Source of the DNA: Glaucostegus cemiculus
Taxonomy: Eukaryota
Reading direction: 5' to 3'
Assembly (NCBI GenBank): GCA_976551045.1
Contig: CDPCPM010000056.1
Coordinates: 29,822,001 to 29,886,000 of the forward strand
DNA: 64,000 nt
Shown: piece by piece, positions 25,701 through 38,719 of the stretch
Position numbering within the stretch: the first letter of the stretch is position 1
Layout of the letters: the number at the start of each line of letters is the position of its first letter
Made by a program: the position numbers and the translations under genes
The notes under the pieces: generated by a model
Database searches by the model: none
What the model was told of the DNA's origin: nothing
What the model saw: the letters and a program-made list of their open reading frames with translations, nothing else

Positions 25701-26349
25701 CATTACTCTGAATAATAGGGACAGTCTGCATCCCCGGAAGAGGCATAAAAGACCTGAATACAACACATCCAATTGTCTTTTCCACCGTCTTCAAAGAGAA
25801 AAAGCAACAATTAAGTTTCTGCCATCCAAAAATTTACAGTAGTGTATAGTGTTTACTAATGATTTACATAATATGTTTCAATGAACAGTTCTTCAGCTTT
25901 ATAGCAAAATTGAATAAGGCTCTATATTTATAGAACCTCCAACACAAGAAGTAGGTTGCCCATTTCTGGGCCCTGTGCCTAATCCATAACCAAATAGCTA
26001 CATTCACAAAAGGAGTGGATGCTAAACTAAAATGGAAAAGTTGGAGAGGAAATGAGTTTAACATGTTGTCAGAACAGCACAGGTAGAACCAGAAGTTTAC
26101 ATGTTAGTAGATTCCACAATCTGCCCTATAATCTTTAGATAACTTCATTTTCTCCCTTCCAATTTTGAATAGAGCAAACGTGCTCTCATACCAGCCACAA
26201 CCTTCCCAAAGATTTCACTCAGTATACCGACAGATTAGTCAACAAGAAGGGTAATCAAGTGATGACCTGGTTTACAGATGTCCCTGAGGTCATAGAAGGC
26301 AGCAGGAATGCCCTGCCCCCTGGGTCATCTAGATCAAACAGATGATTTC

Positions 26350-26600
26350 CCTTATACAATGAGATGGACTATGCCCTCACGATCTACCTTGCTGTGACCC
26401 TGCCCCTTATTGCACTGCACTTTCTCTGTAGCTGTGACACTTTACTCTGTACTGTTACTGTTTTTACCTGTACTACATCAATGCACTCTGTACTAACTCA
26501 ATGTAACTGTACTGTGTGATGAATTGACCTGTACCATTGGTTTGTAAGACAAGCTCTTCACTGTACCTCAGTACAAGTGACAATAATAAACCAATACCAA
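26350..26600 (+). mobile_element. Non-LTR retrotransposon 3' UTR, probably Rex1/Babar-like
   Basis: Well-preserved tail ending ttcactgtacctcagtacaagtgacaataataaaccaataccaa, with an AATAAA and a short terminal repeat; similar to the tail of the SINE at 60898-61206. Confidence 0.65.
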
Positions 26601-27599
26601 AAGGATCTGCTGAAGGAAAATGTCACTTATTTGTCTATTAATTAGTTTTAGGGGCCCATTCATATTAAACTTAAACAAATAGGATTAGACACATAAAAGA
26701 AACACAACATCATCACACTACTTTACCCATAATTGAACAAATATGCTTAAATAATCCTGACAAATCAGCCAGAGGGACATAACTTTAAATCACAATACCT
26801 GAGTTTCAACATTTAATATTATCCAATACCTTTCCATATGTACTTGATATAGTCATTGCAGGCAATGGACCTTCATGTAAATTAGAGCTGTCTTCTTCTT
26901 TCACATTCCCCTCCCCCTCCATCTGACTGTTCTTTTAGGTCCTTTTGAACCCCTTTCATCTACTGAGTTTAAGCCATTCCCAGGGTAGCTACTGGGTTGC
27001 GTATAATTTGTCTAATTAAATTTAAAGAAGGGCTATTTTTACAGAGCACTGTTTCATCATCTTCCCCTCCTTGGACTTCATGCTGCGGCCTTTAATGAGG
27101 CTTCAAACATCACTTTACCTCAGCTTTGGTTTGGTTAAGATGGGCCAGCCTTGTTAAGACAGTCTTCATTTGTCAGGAAAAATTGCTTTATTGGGGTCAT
27201 GGAATGCATGCGCTTTGATTAAAGTTAATCAAGAAAAAGAACCTGAACCCAAACCATGTACAATTGACCTTCAGTAAAATCTATCATTAGAACCCTCCTG
27301 CAGAATCTCCTAGTTAAATATGGTCATAAATAATATCAGGTTTCTTTCCAGAGAATCACAATTTACTGCATCTATAAGCAGTCACCTTCAGCTGCACCCC
27401 TATCCTTCGGAACTAATGGATACTGATAAGCTTATTCTTAAAATATTATAGCTGCATTTTTATTTAGGAAAAGCAAACAACCTGTTAAAATTTCCAGGTC
27501 CACCAGAAACTAAAAGTCCATTTCCACCTTAGGGGATCAATATATCCACGTCACCTTGAATATCTCCCCTTAAAACTAAGTTTAAATTAAGAAATGCTA

Positions 27600-27860
27600 A
27601 TAAGGGGTTTACCCAACTGTTCTTTGTGAAAGAGAGTTCAATATTTCCCATTCTCAAGTGTTTCCTAGTTTTCCTGAAAGTCTGGCTCTAATTTTTTTTT
27701 AAAGAATATGCCAACTAGTCTTAAACACCCCAGCCAGCAAAATAGTTTTCTCAGTCTACCCAACCAGTTTCCCTTAACATCTAGTTTCAATGAAATAATT
27801 TCTCATCCTTCTAGCTTTCTCTATTTGTAATATAAACCTTGCAACATTCTGGTAAATCTA
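27600..27860 (-). mobile_element. Old CR1 ORF2 C-terminal fragment
   Basis: Reverse complement resembles the degenerate KLFPL...TRGH...WNSL region seen in the other CR1 copies. Confidence 0.5.
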
Positions 27861-28129
27861 GCACCATATCAAATTATTTATGATATTAATCTTTCAAAAC
27901 ATCCCCTCCTCCATTGATGAGGAAGGGCAGAAAGAGTCCCCCTCCATTCACCTGCCAGCTATCCCTCCACATCATTATTACACCCATTTATAGTGGAAGG
28001 TGAACATGTGGAATTTAAGAGAGACCATGTTGTTTGAAATAAGCATTGCCATTGGTAGGAAATCAACATGCAAGTGCAGTTTGCCACTGGAAGCCCATCT
28101 TAATGTAAAATCAACATCTTCTAACGCTG

Positions 28130-28275
28130 GAGACACAAGAGACTGCAGATGCTGGAATAGGGAACAGCACACAGAGCACTGGAGGAATTCAGCAGGTCAG
28201 GCAGCATCTATGGAGTGAAATTGACAGTTCAGATGAAGGGTTTCAACCTGAAACATCACCTGTATATTTACCTTC
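28130..28275. mobile_element. Miniature inverted Penelope-like terminal repeat pair with hammerhead-like core
   Basis: Minus-oriented arm 28130-28228 (gactgcagatgctggaa...cagcaggtcaggcagcatctatggag) joined to plus-oriented CAGATGA-a-GGGT-ttca-ACCT-GAAA (28230-28253). Confidence 0.75.
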
Positions 28276-30636
28276 TAATGCTAAATCGTCCAATCTGAAT
28301 TTTCTCTTTTTTTATACTTCCTGCATTCAACTCTTTCTTTACCTTAATGCTGGGAAGGTATTTAATTTGAAACTGAGGTTTTCAGACTGAAATACCACCA
28401 AAAAGGTAACAAGTACAAAAATGATACTGTTGGATAGGGATTTAACCCCACCTTAGATGAATGTATTTTAATGGATATACTCTTCTTAAAATGGCTGCCA
28501 ATATTTGAAAGATTTTAGGTTAGAAATCCTAATACCAAAATATTAATAAAGATCAATTTAAAATGTCAAAGGGGTTTCCTAGAAATAGTAACATCTGATT
28601 ACTGCAGTTATTTCCAAAAACACATAGTTACACCAAATCAGAACTTACTGAACACAGAAATATCAAACAGATATAATGATCTGGATAATGTACAGTGAGA
28701 GCACAGCACAACCTCCAATGAAAATCTGTACGCAGCCACATTCCAAATTCAATTAAACTTACATGCCGAAGTTTAAACATTCTCATTTCAGTGTTAATAT
28801 TTTAAGGCTATCTTGCAACATCTCACCAGCAACTTGGAAAATACACCAGGGTTTTTAGAAATGAACAATTCTGTATTCAACAAGTAACTGACTTTGCAGG
28901 AAAGCTGCTTGCCAAATGCAAGATCTGATATACGGAGCTGATTATTGTATAACAAAGCTAAAGAAGACCCCAGAAGTAATTACTTTTCATCTTCAAATGA
29001 GGAAATTTATGTAGTTTATGGGAAACTATAAAGTACAATCCTTTGTACTTTATAAACTCAAAACTTTGTACTTTCACGAACACTTGTCCAGATGTGAGTT
29101 CACAGAGGTTCAAAAAAGGAGCCCTCATCTTTTCCCTAAATTACACTTCATTCAAATTTCCTCTGTGGATTTTCTTGCCTGCAAAGGGTATAGTAGTGTT
29201 TTCAATTTCATACCGATGTGACACAGATTTCTTCCGTAAGCACTGCACACAGTTTAAGGCCAACGTATTCCCTCAAAAAGAAAACACAACTGCTGATTGC
29301 ACAACTACTGTTTGTCTGTTTTATAGGTGCTGTTCTGTTAATACTTTATTTTTACCTTATTGAATAAGTAAACATTGATTTTATTTTTTAAAAATGGCTT
29401 TGTTGTTTAGAACTTGTAAAAGTATATTGTTTGTCTTTATAGTTAGTGATCAAACATGCATGTAGATACTTTGCCAATCCTGCTTACAGGAAGCAGATTA
29501 GGACAAGCAACCACAAACTTACCTCACAATTCACCTTACTCAAGCCACTAATAACTGTTTCCTTACCACAAAGCAAACTTCCTCCCCAACTCTCCATGTC
29601 AATGCTCCATTCATCCCACAACTGCACTCCTCCTTGCCAACTAGATTAAAAAGTGCCATCTCAGTCAACACCCTGCATCATCTGCACACATTGTTTCTCT
29701 ATTTCTTGGCACCACCTTATTAGCTGATAGAAGGGAAATACGGAGTGATAAACATGAGCACCACCAATGTACGATTCTAAATTTCTGGCATGAATTAATT
29801 TGGAATTTATTTCTCTTCATGACAAAAGTATTCAGTTCAACATTCTTCCCCTTTGCCTTCAAAAAACCAAAATCCTTCCAGCTCTCCCATAGGTATTATC
29901 TGCTCCTGCCCTTTAATGGTGATGGCCCTTTTGGGTTTGTGGCTTACCGTGGATCCCCATGCTATGTGGCTAACAGGATGCCCAAGTGGCCCCTCCTTTA
30001 TTTCAAGTATGCCAAAAAATAAGTTCAGCCACCGTGATCCCCACACTAATTGTCCTAAAATGAAGAATTGTTTCTCAGACTTTGCCATATTTCAAAGCAG
30101 AAACAACCATATTCTACTGCAATATGTAAGATTTTACTGAGGGGGGTAAGGTAATATGAAATGGGAGTAAATTTAATGCACCATTGGTTGTCAGAACAAG
30201 ATGCAAATCAAGAAAGACTAAGCTACATTATTTTCATATCCAGGCTAGTCCAAATTATTATACAGTGTCACTTGTTCTGTTTTGGGCCTGTCTGTACCCT
30301 TGCCTCCTAATCCTGAACAATGGTTCTGGCTTCCCTGGAAACAGTGAGGCAAGATAAAAGGAGGAAACAAATTTGCTCATATGTAAAGAAAAACTTATTT
30401 CAATTTTATTTAATTTCAAGCTGTAGAATCAACATTTTCAGTTTGACATGAAGAAGACAGAAGGAAGTAGCTTGCTTACAAATCGTTTGATTTTGATTAG
30501 TTTAAAAAATACATTATGAGAAATGACCAAATCATTCAGTGCAGCAGATGGAGTAAAGATTTTGATGCACTGTTCGAATATTTTGCCAATACCAGCAGAC
30601 CTGAAAAAAAAAGTTAATTTTCAAAAGGACTAGACA

Positions 30637-30790
30637 GTGAATTGATTTAAGACATGAATTATGATACCAGTTCTTCTACTCCCGAGGTCTGAGTGTAAAT
30701 CCAGTCTGGGAATGAGGGATGGACGTCCACTGTTCCTGACAGCTTTATAGCTATAACGTTAATGAATTGCTGGCTGCCACAAAACTACCT
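30637..30790 (+). mobile_element. LF-SINE-like relic
   Basis: ttcttctactcccgaggtctgagtgtaaatccagtctgggaatgagggatgga resembles the LF-SINE head and 38720-38830. Confidence 0.35.
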
Positions 30791-31168
30791 CAATTTAGAA
30801 ATATTTGCATTGAGAGTTCTAGAGTGACAAGAGAATGAAAATTATCAGCCTGTGATAGATAAACCAAACAAAGCAGTTCACCCTCCCTTTTCTTTAGACC
30901 TAAAGTCAGAAGGTTATTTCTGCTAATTAATCCTTCACATCGGAGATCTATAATTAAAGCATCTTGCAGTCCTTGGGAATACTCACTGGGCACGCTTATC
31001 AAAATCATCAAACTTGTAACAAAAGGCACTTTTCATTCTGAACGCTAACAACTGGCAACTGTTACAAATAGCTAATTATTTCCAGTGTGCATCCAGGGTC
31101 AAGTGATGATGAAATAAATACTTGCCTATTCACTCAACAACAGTTTATGCAGTCCTGTTTGGATATTA

Positions 31169-31386
31169 CAGTATGAGTCTTGGAACTCTTGGATGTTTGT
31201 CATATTAATACCCAAATGCACTTAAATCCAGACCCCAGCTCTGACCATACTCCAGATCACCAACTCTGCCCCCATATTCTACTTGCACTCTGGACCACTG
31301 ATGACATTCTGGGCTAATGAGTGAGCCAGATGCCAAACCATCAGGATTTCCAAATAAATGGATGCCAGATTATCAGAGTTTTACTG
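31169..31386. mobile_element. Pogo/Tigger-like MITE relic
   Basis: Right end ggatgccagattatcagagttttactg is the reverse complement of a CAGTAAAACTC-type TIR; left end TA|cagta is degenerate. Confidence 0.45.
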
Positions 31387-33004
31387 AACAGCATTAAGCC
31401 TAAAAGTTTCGGTCATGGGTCGCTCACTGCAAATCTCAATTGTGTCCCAGCTCCAGCTAAACTCACAAACATACTGCTTGGAACCGAGACCAGATCTGTT
31501 GGGAGAGATGGCGAGGTCAGGTTACTGGGAAGGAAAATAGCTGGGTAAAGGGACAGGGAGGTGTTCGGGCAGGATCAAGGCTGGAGAGGATGACAGTTCT
31601 GAGGGGGAGGGGAAGGCAGTCGTCAGGAGGGATTAGTGCTTGGCGGGGAGGGGGGGTGGGAGGGAAACAGGTGGCTGCGAAAAAAAAAAAATCAGGGTTG
31701 TCCACTTAGTGATTGACCATGGGCTAAGGTGGGGGGGGGGGGAGGAGTGTGCAGGTGAAATAACTAAATAAATTGCACATTGGGAGGCATGGGCCAATTG
31801 GATAGAGATTGGAGGACAGAAGTTGGTAGTGGAGGTAGTGAGAAACTGTTGATGGAAAGAGAGCATAGCCTGAAGGGATTGCATTCTTGGAGGGTTGGGT
31901 TTACGGTATAAATCAGGCCAAGGATGACTGGGATATCTAAGGAATCTCAGAGCATTGGGACATTAAAGTCTTGAGTGACATGCAGTATGGGCCTTATGAT
32001 GAGGTCAGGAGTGAAATCAGGTAGATGGGAGTGGGGGTGGGGGGGATAGATGCCTGAAGGATTAAAAGATGATATTAGGAGGAGTGCTGGAACAAGCAGT
32101 GTTAGGCATCTGAATTTCTAGGTCTTTCAGCGATTTCAATTTTTTTTTGGTCAATAAGATTGTTAAGTACCTCTAAAAAGTCGTGAGTAAAAATGAAAAC
32201 ATTTGTGTCAACCACTCTTGTCCGCTTCATAATGACCACACAGCTGACTGACGGGATCCTTTCTTTAATGGCTATCATTAAGCTCTTGATTAATCATAAC
32301 TAAAGTAACAATACTGCCAGTCTACTGAAAATTGATACACTGTAATTTTAGCATTCTTGGAGGGGGTTAATTCAAAGTACCTTCCCAACATTTCAGGGTT
32401 GCCATCGAGAAGGAGTGGAAGCAAAATTGTAGTTTCCCTGCCACAGCAGAAAGTAAATAATATACTTCAGGCATTTGAATAGAACTGAGTGAACTGAGGA
32501 GATGAAGGCCAGCTCACAGAAGTATTGGCTATGTCAAGTTTGCTGGGAAGGTTCCAGGACCCTACATCTGCTTGGCAACAACTCAGAAAGAGATAGAGTT
32601 ACTCCTTTGCTGGTGCAGAGCTTTCCCAGGCTACAATATATGAAAAACAGCTTTCTGTGCATCAGGGAAGAGCTCAGCAGCACTGCATCATACATATTAA
32701 TCTCCTTACTCTTAAATGGGGCTCACTGTCACGTGGTCCACCAAGTTTACAAGCACATACCACTGCCATGTCACATACATGCCCAACCACATGAACTCTC
32801 TAAATTTTATAATATAAATACTTTACCATCTTGTAATATAAATACACCAAAAACTTTTGAACTAAATATGCTTTAGAACAATTAGGAAAATATTACTAAT
32901 GTTAATGTTCATAATGTGACCCTGTTTAACAATGTGAGTTATGCAGTTATCCCTATGCAACATTATTGTTTAAAAAATATTATTAAAAATGCATGAGTAT
33001 GATA

Positions 33005-34660
33005 GCATAAACAGTTACTTTACTGGACTAATAATCCAAAGGCCTGGACTAACGATTTGGAGAATTAGTTCAAATCTCACAATAGCAGCTGATAAAATAA
33101 ATTCAATTAATTTAATAAATCTAGAGTTAGCAACATTAATAATGGCTACTGAATTGTCATGAACAACACCTCCAGTTCACTACTATCCTCAGGAAAAGGA
33201 AACATGCTATCCTTATCTTGTCTGGCAGAGATGTAATTCAGACAGATAACATTCTAGCTGACCCTTAAATGCCCTTTAAAATGGCTCAATAAGCCATTCG
33301 TATCATGACATTATGAAAAAACATAATAGTAAAAAAAAATCAACCTAGGCAGTGGATCTGAACATGACAAAGGCACACTCAAACCAATTAACGCTGCCAA
33401 ATCCCGTCACTAACATCTGGGAGCTCATTGTAAAACTGGGAGAGCTGTCCCTTAGACAAGTCAAACAATAGGCTGACCAAGACAGACTCAGATTATTACT
33501 ATTCAGCCAATGTTTAAGACTCCTCCAGCACCATCCCTGGGTGTGAACTATCCCACCTGCAGGACAGAATCAACAAAGTTACAAAGATGGCTCTGGAAAT
33601 TGTCGACATTGATTCCACACCTCATGAAGACATCAGCACTACTCCATGTTGAACACAACGTGGAAGCAGCACGCTGGACTTCCTTCACACTTCCTCCACA
33701 CAAATGCTGCACCAACACTAACTGAGTTGGCCAAGTGCTGAAGGGTGTGGTTACCACAGTGAACGTGCAGTACAAGATCAAAGAATCATTACAAGGAAAA
33801 AGCCTACTTAACCCTGTCCTCTCCAATCTATCTGCCACTGATATATGTCTCTGTTAAAATTAATACCGCATAGAGGCAAAGGCCTGGCATCAACAGACGG
33901 GACCCTCCATTGTGTGATATAGTACCATCATGCTGAGTAAGAAAGATAAGTGTTGAACAAATGCTGTAGCTTAAAAGCAGGAGTTCCTCAAGAGCAATAC
34001 CCTAGACCAAACAACCTTAAACTGCTTCACCAAAAATCTCCATCCAGTAAAGGCTTGCATGTACTGATTTTGCTGGTCATTGAACAATGTTTGGATCCAT
34101 TGTAATTCCTCAAATAATGAAGCATCCAATACCAGTTGAAACTAGATCTTAACAATAATCAGAAGTGGGCTGATGAATATACTCATACAAACAAGTGTCA
34201 GGTAAAGATAATCACAAAAATGAGAGCCCAACCAACACCCTTTAAAACTCAACAGCATTACTGCTGTTGAATCCCCTGCCATCAACATTCTGAATCTCAC
34301 CATAGATCAAAAATTTTACTCAACTAGCCAAATAAATAATGTTATCATAAGCGCAAGTCAAATGCTGATTATTCTCCAATGAATAGCTCAATTTCTGTTT
34401 TCCCAAAGCCTTTCCACCATCAGTGAGCTGCCCTTCAGGAATATGACAAAATATTTTTCACTTGCCTGGAGGAGTGCAGCTCCAATGAAAGAACTAGAAA
34501 CATGCACCATCAAGACAAAGCAGGCCATGTGATTAGTACTCTATCCACTACCCTGAAATCCACTCCCTCTGCCACCAGTGAACCATGGCTGCAGTGGGTG
34601 CCATTTACAGGGTGCATTGCCTCAATTTGATGAGGTTCTTCAATAGCACCTTCCCTCTGC
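33005..34660 (+). mobile_element. Decayed, internally deleted LINE (CR1/L2 group) with a SINE-like 5' head
   Basis: Head 33005-33305 has a B-box-like gttcaaatc; APE-endonuclease-like start TNIWELIVKLGELSLRQVKQ*AD at about 33409-33477; RT motif AGVPQ at 33977; degenerate FADD region at about 34069. Confidence 0.75.
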
Positions 34661-37600
34661 CTTTCTGGCTGAAAAATGATGTGGGCTTGAATTTTCCTTG
34701 CTTTTTCCCTCCCATGCTCATTGTTTTCCACAGGTGTTCATAGCCAATGAATCAGAATAAAGTGTGGTGCAAACTATTCAGCAAGGGGGAGCCAGCGCAA
34801 CAGCACCCAGTTCTGACAATGCTAGACAGTAATGAGCAGTAAGGGCTAATTTATATTTTAACTGAAGTATGCCAGCTATACTGGTTCAAGCTATTTTGTC
34901 CCCAATGCTATTGCAGCTGAACTGGATGAATTTACTAGAAGCACCTAACCATTCCCAATCTTCAAATGCAAAATGGTAATTCCCGCAGTTATGAGATACT
35001 CAAAACTTTCAACGATGGATGATACTTTTTGAATAGCAGAAAGACAGTTTCATTACAGCATCGAAATGAAAAGTTTGGAAAGTTTTAGCAACAAAGGTCT
35101 AAGATCAAAACAAAATTGCCTTCATACCAGCAGCAGTATAAGAGCTTGATTTATTAAACAGCGACAGAATGCCATTCACATGAGGCTTTAAATGACACAT
35201 TTTGATGGTTTTGGAAATGAACTATGGAACCAAGCAAAGGAAGATAATACAGCTTTACATTCCTTAAAATGAGCCTTGTAAAAGTCCAATCAGTGATTTT
35301 TTAGAATGACTTCTTAAAATGTCTTCTTCCTGCCTTTTAGATATTTTAATTTTGTTTAGAAGCCAATCAAAACAACGATTCCATTATTCATTCCAGCTAG
35401 CCAATGTGAAATAATAATCCACAGTAATATAACTCTTTGCAAGATCTCAAATATTTTAATCACAGCAGATTATATCAGTTTAACAACGCACTATTGACTA
35501 TGTTGGTGTCAGTACTCTTAACTATATTCAGTTCAGAATATTTTCTAATTAATGTGTAGAACTTCGGACTGTTTTTTGATAGCAGCCAATCCATTTTGCT
35601 ATGTGGCTACAAATTTAAGTTTATATCTACTGAGGTGATTTTTCTTTAATTTGGATGCAGCATGAATGGGAATGGGTTCAGTGGTGGATCACTAACACAG
35701 AGCCAAGGCAGTCATAAGTAGCATTGCCTCATTTGTTGGAATGCACACACTGCCCTTGACTCAGCTTGTGATTTATTTACTTCTCTTTATCTCAATGTCT
35801 TCAATTATTTTCCATAATGTTTTAATTACATTTATTTTTTTTACAATTACTTAATTCCATTTGATCTCTGTTTAAACTTTGCTTTATTAGTGGCATTTGC
35901 ATATAGTTCAAAGGTCTTTAACAGCTGCAAGTGTCAAAAGGCCATCCACACTTTCTGGAGATGGGGCATTCACAGCCAATCCTGCTTTGTTGGAGGAATC
36001 CAGGTACGGAGACTCCGCTCAGTCAGCCCTTGTATCTGGATCAACTTAGTGTGGACCAATAGGCACCATGGGCAACAAATTTGGACAGGGCCAAACACAG
36101 GACAATCCAGCTCATTACATAAAAGAAAAACAACGGCTCAAGTTGTTATTATAGTAAGGTGTATCAACTTTCAAGGTTAATCTTCTTTACATCAATATGC
36201 CAATATAAAACAATAGCTTTGTTTCTTCACTGTTATGAAAAATATTTTCCATTAGCATGTTGCCAAAAATACACATATACTTAAAGGGTGCTTTTTCTAT
36301 CCCCCTGTATGGGAACTTCCAGTATTCATCATATTTTCAGAATAGAGTATGACCATCTGTATTAAAAGATAATACTTATCGTACCACAATGACAGGAGAG
36401 ATCATTTTTGGTAAGCAAAAAAGTCCTTTGATCTAATGGACTGGGTTTCTGCTGAGTGAATGTGTCATTATACAAGTTTAAAACAGATTTGGTTTAAAAC
36501 AGTATTAAACAGAATCAAATGCTGTGCACTCCATTCTCCATTGTTTATCAGTCAGTTTGGAAAAACGCACTTATTTTCAGGAACTAAACCAGTAACAACA
36601 ACAAAGCAAGCAAGTCTTCTGGTGTTTCCTAAAAATACTTTATAAACAGGTCAGGTACAGTAGAACCCACCAAAAAGTCAGGCCAGAAACAACTGTTTTA
36701 GAAGTATTGTGATATTTCCCTCCAGAAACTGACCCTTCACCCAAGGAAAAAGGCATTGTTGTGGTTCTTCTTCAGCCATGGCACTTGAATTAGGAACACT
36801 GAGTTGCAAAGGGCCAACATAGTAATTATAGGACGCACATATAATCAAAAATGGTGTAGTGGGTGGGGGATTTCCTTTGGTCACTATGCATAATACATAG
36901 TGACTAAGAAGATTTCAGGCATTTTCTTTTAGAATAGTTTCCAATTTTGCACCAAAATAATACTTCATTAATACAGAGTGACATTACGAAATTCATTCTT
37001 GTCCCCATATTAAGTTCTTCTTTTTCCCTCCCAGGCTACTCATTTATAAAATAAAACCTATTGAAAGCTGGGAAAAAGTAAGTGCTGTTCCAGCATGTGC
37101 TAAACAAGGCACATGGTCTATTGACAAATAGTAAGTCAATTCCAATTTACTTTCTCGAAGCCTATTTTACCCATCTGAAGTTGTTTGCATGATAGCAGTA
37201 ATTCCTCAGCAAATTAATTACATTTATTCAGAATCATTAAAATATCTTAGAATTGTGGTATAAACTTGTATACATCGTTAGATTGAAAGCTTTCCAGATC
37301 TGGCACTGTGTGAGCATGTTTATGTGGCTACAATGCTGAATAAGTCATAATTATGTACAATTAATCTGTTAATAATTGATACGCTTTGTGGTAATTAAAG
37401 ATTTATTAATCACTTTTAAATCATGCTAGATTCAACTTCTGGCAAAGAAGATGAAATCTGTTCATACCCTTTGGGCAACCCAGTAGCTTTGAGAGTTCAG
37501 AACTAGCTTTATAACCAGATGGCCACAGGTTGGAGTCCCTAGGCCATCGATTTGTACTTATCACAGGACCAGCAGTGACTTGGGTTCATGAGATTGAAAA

Positions 37601-37664
37601 TTCCTCTGGGCCTCCACCTTTTACAAACTGTATAAGGACTACATGAAATATTTATGCCCTTCTA

Positions 37665-37950
37665 ATGGCTCAGCTGGCTTCAGCAGTTGAATAGTACAAG
37701 CAAGAAGGTCCTGGGTTCATTACCTGCTCTATGCTGAGTTAGCCCATCTCAGCCATGATAGTAACAGAGACACCAAAACTGGCGTCTACATATCTGGTGG
37801 TAGAATCAGAAATTTGACACAGTTCGACTCCAAATGGATGGTCAGATTTGACTGCAACTCACAGATAACATGCCAACACTCATTCCAGAGTTTTACACTT
37901 GGTAGAGGAAACCTGATTGAGGTAGAGAATGGTCACCTGGGAAAGACATT
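37665..37950 (+). mobile_element. AmnSINE2-like ancient SINE
   Basis: atggctcag...caagaaggtcctgggttcattacctgctctatgctgagttagcccatctcagcc...agaatggtcacctggg matches the AmnSINE2-type consensus as I recall it. Confidence 0.6.
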
Positions 37951-38719
37951 AAAAAGTAGAGGTACTCATGAGAAAATCAATGTCTTTGGGTTAAGGAGAA
38001 AAAATAGTGACCTTTAATTCTGTTGAGCTAGGTTTTCAGTTTTAAGTGTAGTGCAAGATCAGTGGAATTCCTGGAGAAATGGGATAAAGGAGGGTAGATG
38101 GAGATTCAATACAGAGCCTCCCATAAACTGAAAGTAAATTTTAAAAATCTTAAATGGACTTTAAAAAAGATACACAAACAAAAATGAGAAAATACCATAC
38201 TTGTTACATGCACTTGGGAAGCCTTTTAAAACCAGGCACAAATGTTGCACTGTGTAAATATGTTCTCCATCACACAAGATAGAACAAATTTTAAAAATAA
38301 CAAAAAGTCATAGTCAAGCAGCAAAAGTAATCTTTTGAGCCATAATATTCTAAACATTACTATGCATGTTCCCCTTAGGGCAGAAATTTCTGATATTCAA
38401 TAATTTTAGTAAAGGGAAAACAAAAATCAGCATTCTAACTCTTCTTTAAAATTAACATAGACAGGAACTTTGTGAAATAGATTGTTCCTGAAGTGTCCAA
38501 AGGGCCTTGCATTCAAAAAGAAAGATTGCAAGGATTTACTTTCTGATTTAGCAGTTCTCTTCCTCTATTTCATCACAGTTTGATGAGCAAATGATTGCCT
38601 TTTAAACAGTAAAATTTCCTGCCAACCCAATAGTAATTGAACTTCTTCCTTGAATGACATCAAACACAAAGAAAATAAATAAAATAAACAAACAGAAACT
38701 ACAGTCAATTTAAAGAAAA

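Noticed and set aside
32502-32876. 124-aa plus-strand ORF
   Set aside because: No motif, and composition typical of translated non-coding DNA
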